DNA from: Adineta vaga | Lineage: Eukaryota; Animalia; Rotifera | DNA: 64,000 nucleotides | Reading direction: 5' to 3' | NCBI GenBank assembly: GCA_021613535.1 | Contig: CP075494.1 | Coordinates: forward strand, 372,001 to 436,000 | In this document: positions 61,931-64,000 of the stretch, piece after piece | Layout of the letters: each line of letters opens with the position of its first letter | Numbering within the stretch: the stretch's first letter is position 1 | The notes under the pieces: generated by a model | What the model was told of the DNA's origin: nothing | Databases searched by the model: none | Seen by the model: only the letters and a program-made list of their open reading frames with translations | Made by a program: the position numbers and the translations under genes

Positions 61931-62935
61931 CTATAGTAGTGAGTATGACTGAACTTTTTCTAACTCTACTACAAAAGCGAATGATTGGGTATATGTATCG
62001 TGAGTTGGATTTAGTTCGATGTTAGTGCTTGAGCCGAGTGGTATAAGTCGCAAGTTCGAACCGGCTAAAAATTCGAATAAAGCCTTAATTTCATTTTTTT
62101 CATAACCTGGATAGTTGAACAACTCATCAAATACCAAAATTGATCCTGAAACTAAACGACTTCCAAGAAGGAATAAAACATCTCGTGCACCATCGTAAAT
62201 ATCACAATCAATGTGAACGAATGACACCGGAGTATGACATTGATATTCACGATCAATTAAACGAAGTTGAGTAGGTAATGTGTCGATAAATAAACCTTTC
62301 ACTAAAACAACATTTGATGGAACTGAAACAACGGATCCATTAGGTATACTAAACGATCCAGCGCCATAACCAGGTCTCCAGTTCGTCGGTAATCCACTAA
62401 AAGTATCAAACCCATAAACTGGCTGACTGTTATCCCCACAAAACACTCTCCTCCAATTAGCGATACTAGTTAAAGTAGCACCACGAAATACTCCAAATTC
62501 CATCCAAAGACCATTACAAGAGGGTCTCACTATATCTTTAAGTGGAGGATTGTGAAAAAGGATTTGAATAGAATGTGTCCCTGGAGTAAGTCGACGTGAC
62601 ATTAAAGCTGTACGAGTATTTGTAATAAATTCACCTAAGGTTGAGTGGTTTTGCGATATGTATATGATTCTTGAAGCATCACGTTCACTTACATATGCAC
62701 TTCTATTATTCATTGTTGATAGAATTATTTCTTTGAATTGATCACGTTTGAATGAACCACTATTAGATGGATGGCATAGAACTTCAGACGATGATATTTG
62801 AATCATAGAATAACCCATTGTTGTGTTCAGTATAGTATTGCTTTGTATACAGATACTACGCCGTATTATGAGATATATAATGATGGCGAGTAAAAAATAT
62901 AATAGAAGCTGTATGTTTCTTTTAGTTGTGATCAT
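61931..62935 (-). CDS. TylF/MycF/NovP-related class I SAM-dependent O-methyltransferase with N-terminal signal anchor, intronless
   Basis: MEFGVFRG, VYGFDTFSGLP, LVKGLFIDTLP, SFVHIDCDIYDG and GSILVFDELFNYPG..E motifs. Confidence 0.88.
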   Translation of the reverse strand: MITTKRNIQLLLYFLLAIIIYLIIRRSICIQSNTILNTTMGYSMIQISSSEVLCHPSNSGSFKRDQFKEIILSTMNNRSAYVSERDASRIIYISQNHSTLGEFITNTRTALMSRRLTPGTHSIQILFHNPPLKDIVRPSCNGLWMEFGVFRGATLTSIANWRRVFCGDNSQPVYGFDTFSGLPTNWRPGYGAGSFSIPNGSVVSVPSNVVLVKGLFIDTLPTQLRLIDREYQCHTPVSFVHIDCDIYDGARDVLFLLGSRLVSGSILVFDELFNYPGYEKNEIKALFEFLAGSNLRLIPLGSSTNIELNPTHDTYTQSFAFVVELEKVQSYSLL

Positions 62936-62964
62936 CTAAACAGTATTCTAATCGGTATTTTACA

Positions 62965-63057
62965 AGGGAGTGGGCGTGTGTGTGTGTGTGTGTGAACAAG
63001 ATTATAAGATAAGTAGACGGATAAAAGGAATATTATCACCCACTGACATCCACCGAG
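62965..63057. repeat. Degenerate HTE with (GT)n expansion
   Basis: agggagtgggcgtgtgtg...tcacccactgacatccaccgag. Confidence 0.55.
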
Positions 63058-63504
63058 GTATTATATCTGTAGATGGAATTGAAAATAGTTACTGACGTTA
63101 CTCATCTGATACGACAAAGAATAGATTGTCGTGCTTGATATACTCGCGTTATGTGCGTTTTGTTTCAGCTAACAAAGAGTAGAACTCAGATAAAATAGGA
63201 AAAGGAAAAAGATAAACTCAAGCAAGAGAGAAACAAGATACTAGACACTTTTTAACTCTAACCAGATTTCTCATGAATTTGTCGCGAATGTTGATGGAAT
63301 GAACGTTATACTCATACTCCTCAGTTGTTGACAAAGTGATAATATTCTACATCGTTCTTTTTCGTTCTGTTCTAAACAATATTTGTGATGACTCCTTCGG
63401 AATGCGTTTGTTCGTTATCCAAGATAAAACAGAAAAGAAAAACAACGTTGAATAGGTAGGCATATTTGTTTCATCTGCTGTGTTAACGAGATCTTACAGT
63501 ACTA

Positions 63505-64000
63505 TGCCAAAAAAGTGCAACGTTACAGTCGAATCGAAGCCATGCGACAAGTCTTCGTTTGCCACCTGCAATGGACGTAGACATATTACTTTTTTTATCT
63601 TCACTAAATATCATTTTTGCTTTTTGCAGGTCAGCACTCATTTTGCTTATCGCATCTTAACGTTCACCAACAACAGCTCAACACGCAAATGGAGGGAATA
63701 GTTCATATTCACGATCTGTTACTCGAAGAGCTGAATGAACATTGCAGTCCCTTGGTACATGAACTACTTACTTTTGCCCGTGAACTTAGTCTTATCGATG
63801 CATGGCAGATACGTACTTTGGCACAAGCCACAAATCAAATTACACAAGAAGCAAATCGAGCTCGAAACATCGTTCGTCAAGCTATCGAAGAGAATCAGCA
63901 CTGAGCGAACGGCAATGATGTTGCCATTTCGGAGAGTTTCATGCAGCTAAAGAAACGTCTGACGATACTTAGTGAACAGTTGCAGATAAGAATGAAGACA
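63505..64000 (+). pseudogene. B-box-like Zn finger + coiled-coil gene start, premature stop, runs off window
   Basis: MPKKC..CDK..TC / QHSFCLSHLNVHQQQL..IHDLL..IDAWQ..ANRAR; TGA at 63902-63904 followed by coding-like sequence. Confidence 0.55.

Noticed and set aside
374-63057. CRISPR array reading of the repeat/spacer pattern
   Set aside because: Repeats are dispersed kilobases apart and inverted, not tandem; eukaryotic context; no cas genes.

Overview
Strongly AT-rich eukaryotic DNA with many short (about 45-60 nt) GT-AG introns. The gene content and the (TGTGGG/TGAGGG)n repeats point to a bdelloid rotifer; this is my inference, not a database result. Gene content: LDLa/EGF-7TM receptors, NHL-repeat proteins, F-box/LRR proteins, C2 proteins, sPLA2, an MLKL-NTD-like protein, a TylF-type methyltransferase and a 2OG-Fe(II) oxygenase. 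It is a fast-evolving accessory region of intact genes, pseudogenes, gene fragments and DNA transposons: one apparently intact FLYWCH-MULE plus hAT, piggyBac, Helitron/Helentron-like and other MITEs. The main unexplained structure is about 30 dispersed copies (roughly one per 2 kb) of a 50-140 bp head-to-head element built from telomere-type repeats. Its consensus is about ATCTTGAGGGTGTGGGTG(TGGGTG)n - 12-20 nt variable, often AAG-starting spacer - (CACCCA)nCACCCTCAAGAT. Copies sit between single-gene blocks, at points where gene fragments begin mid-exon (including a 192-bp duplicate of the PLA2 3' end), and in long introns with phase-1 acceptors that join protein modules. This suggests a system of telomere-repeat-marked DNA joining or recombination that assembles gene and exon cassettes. 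All alignments, splice models and coordinates were read by eye and may be off by a few bases.
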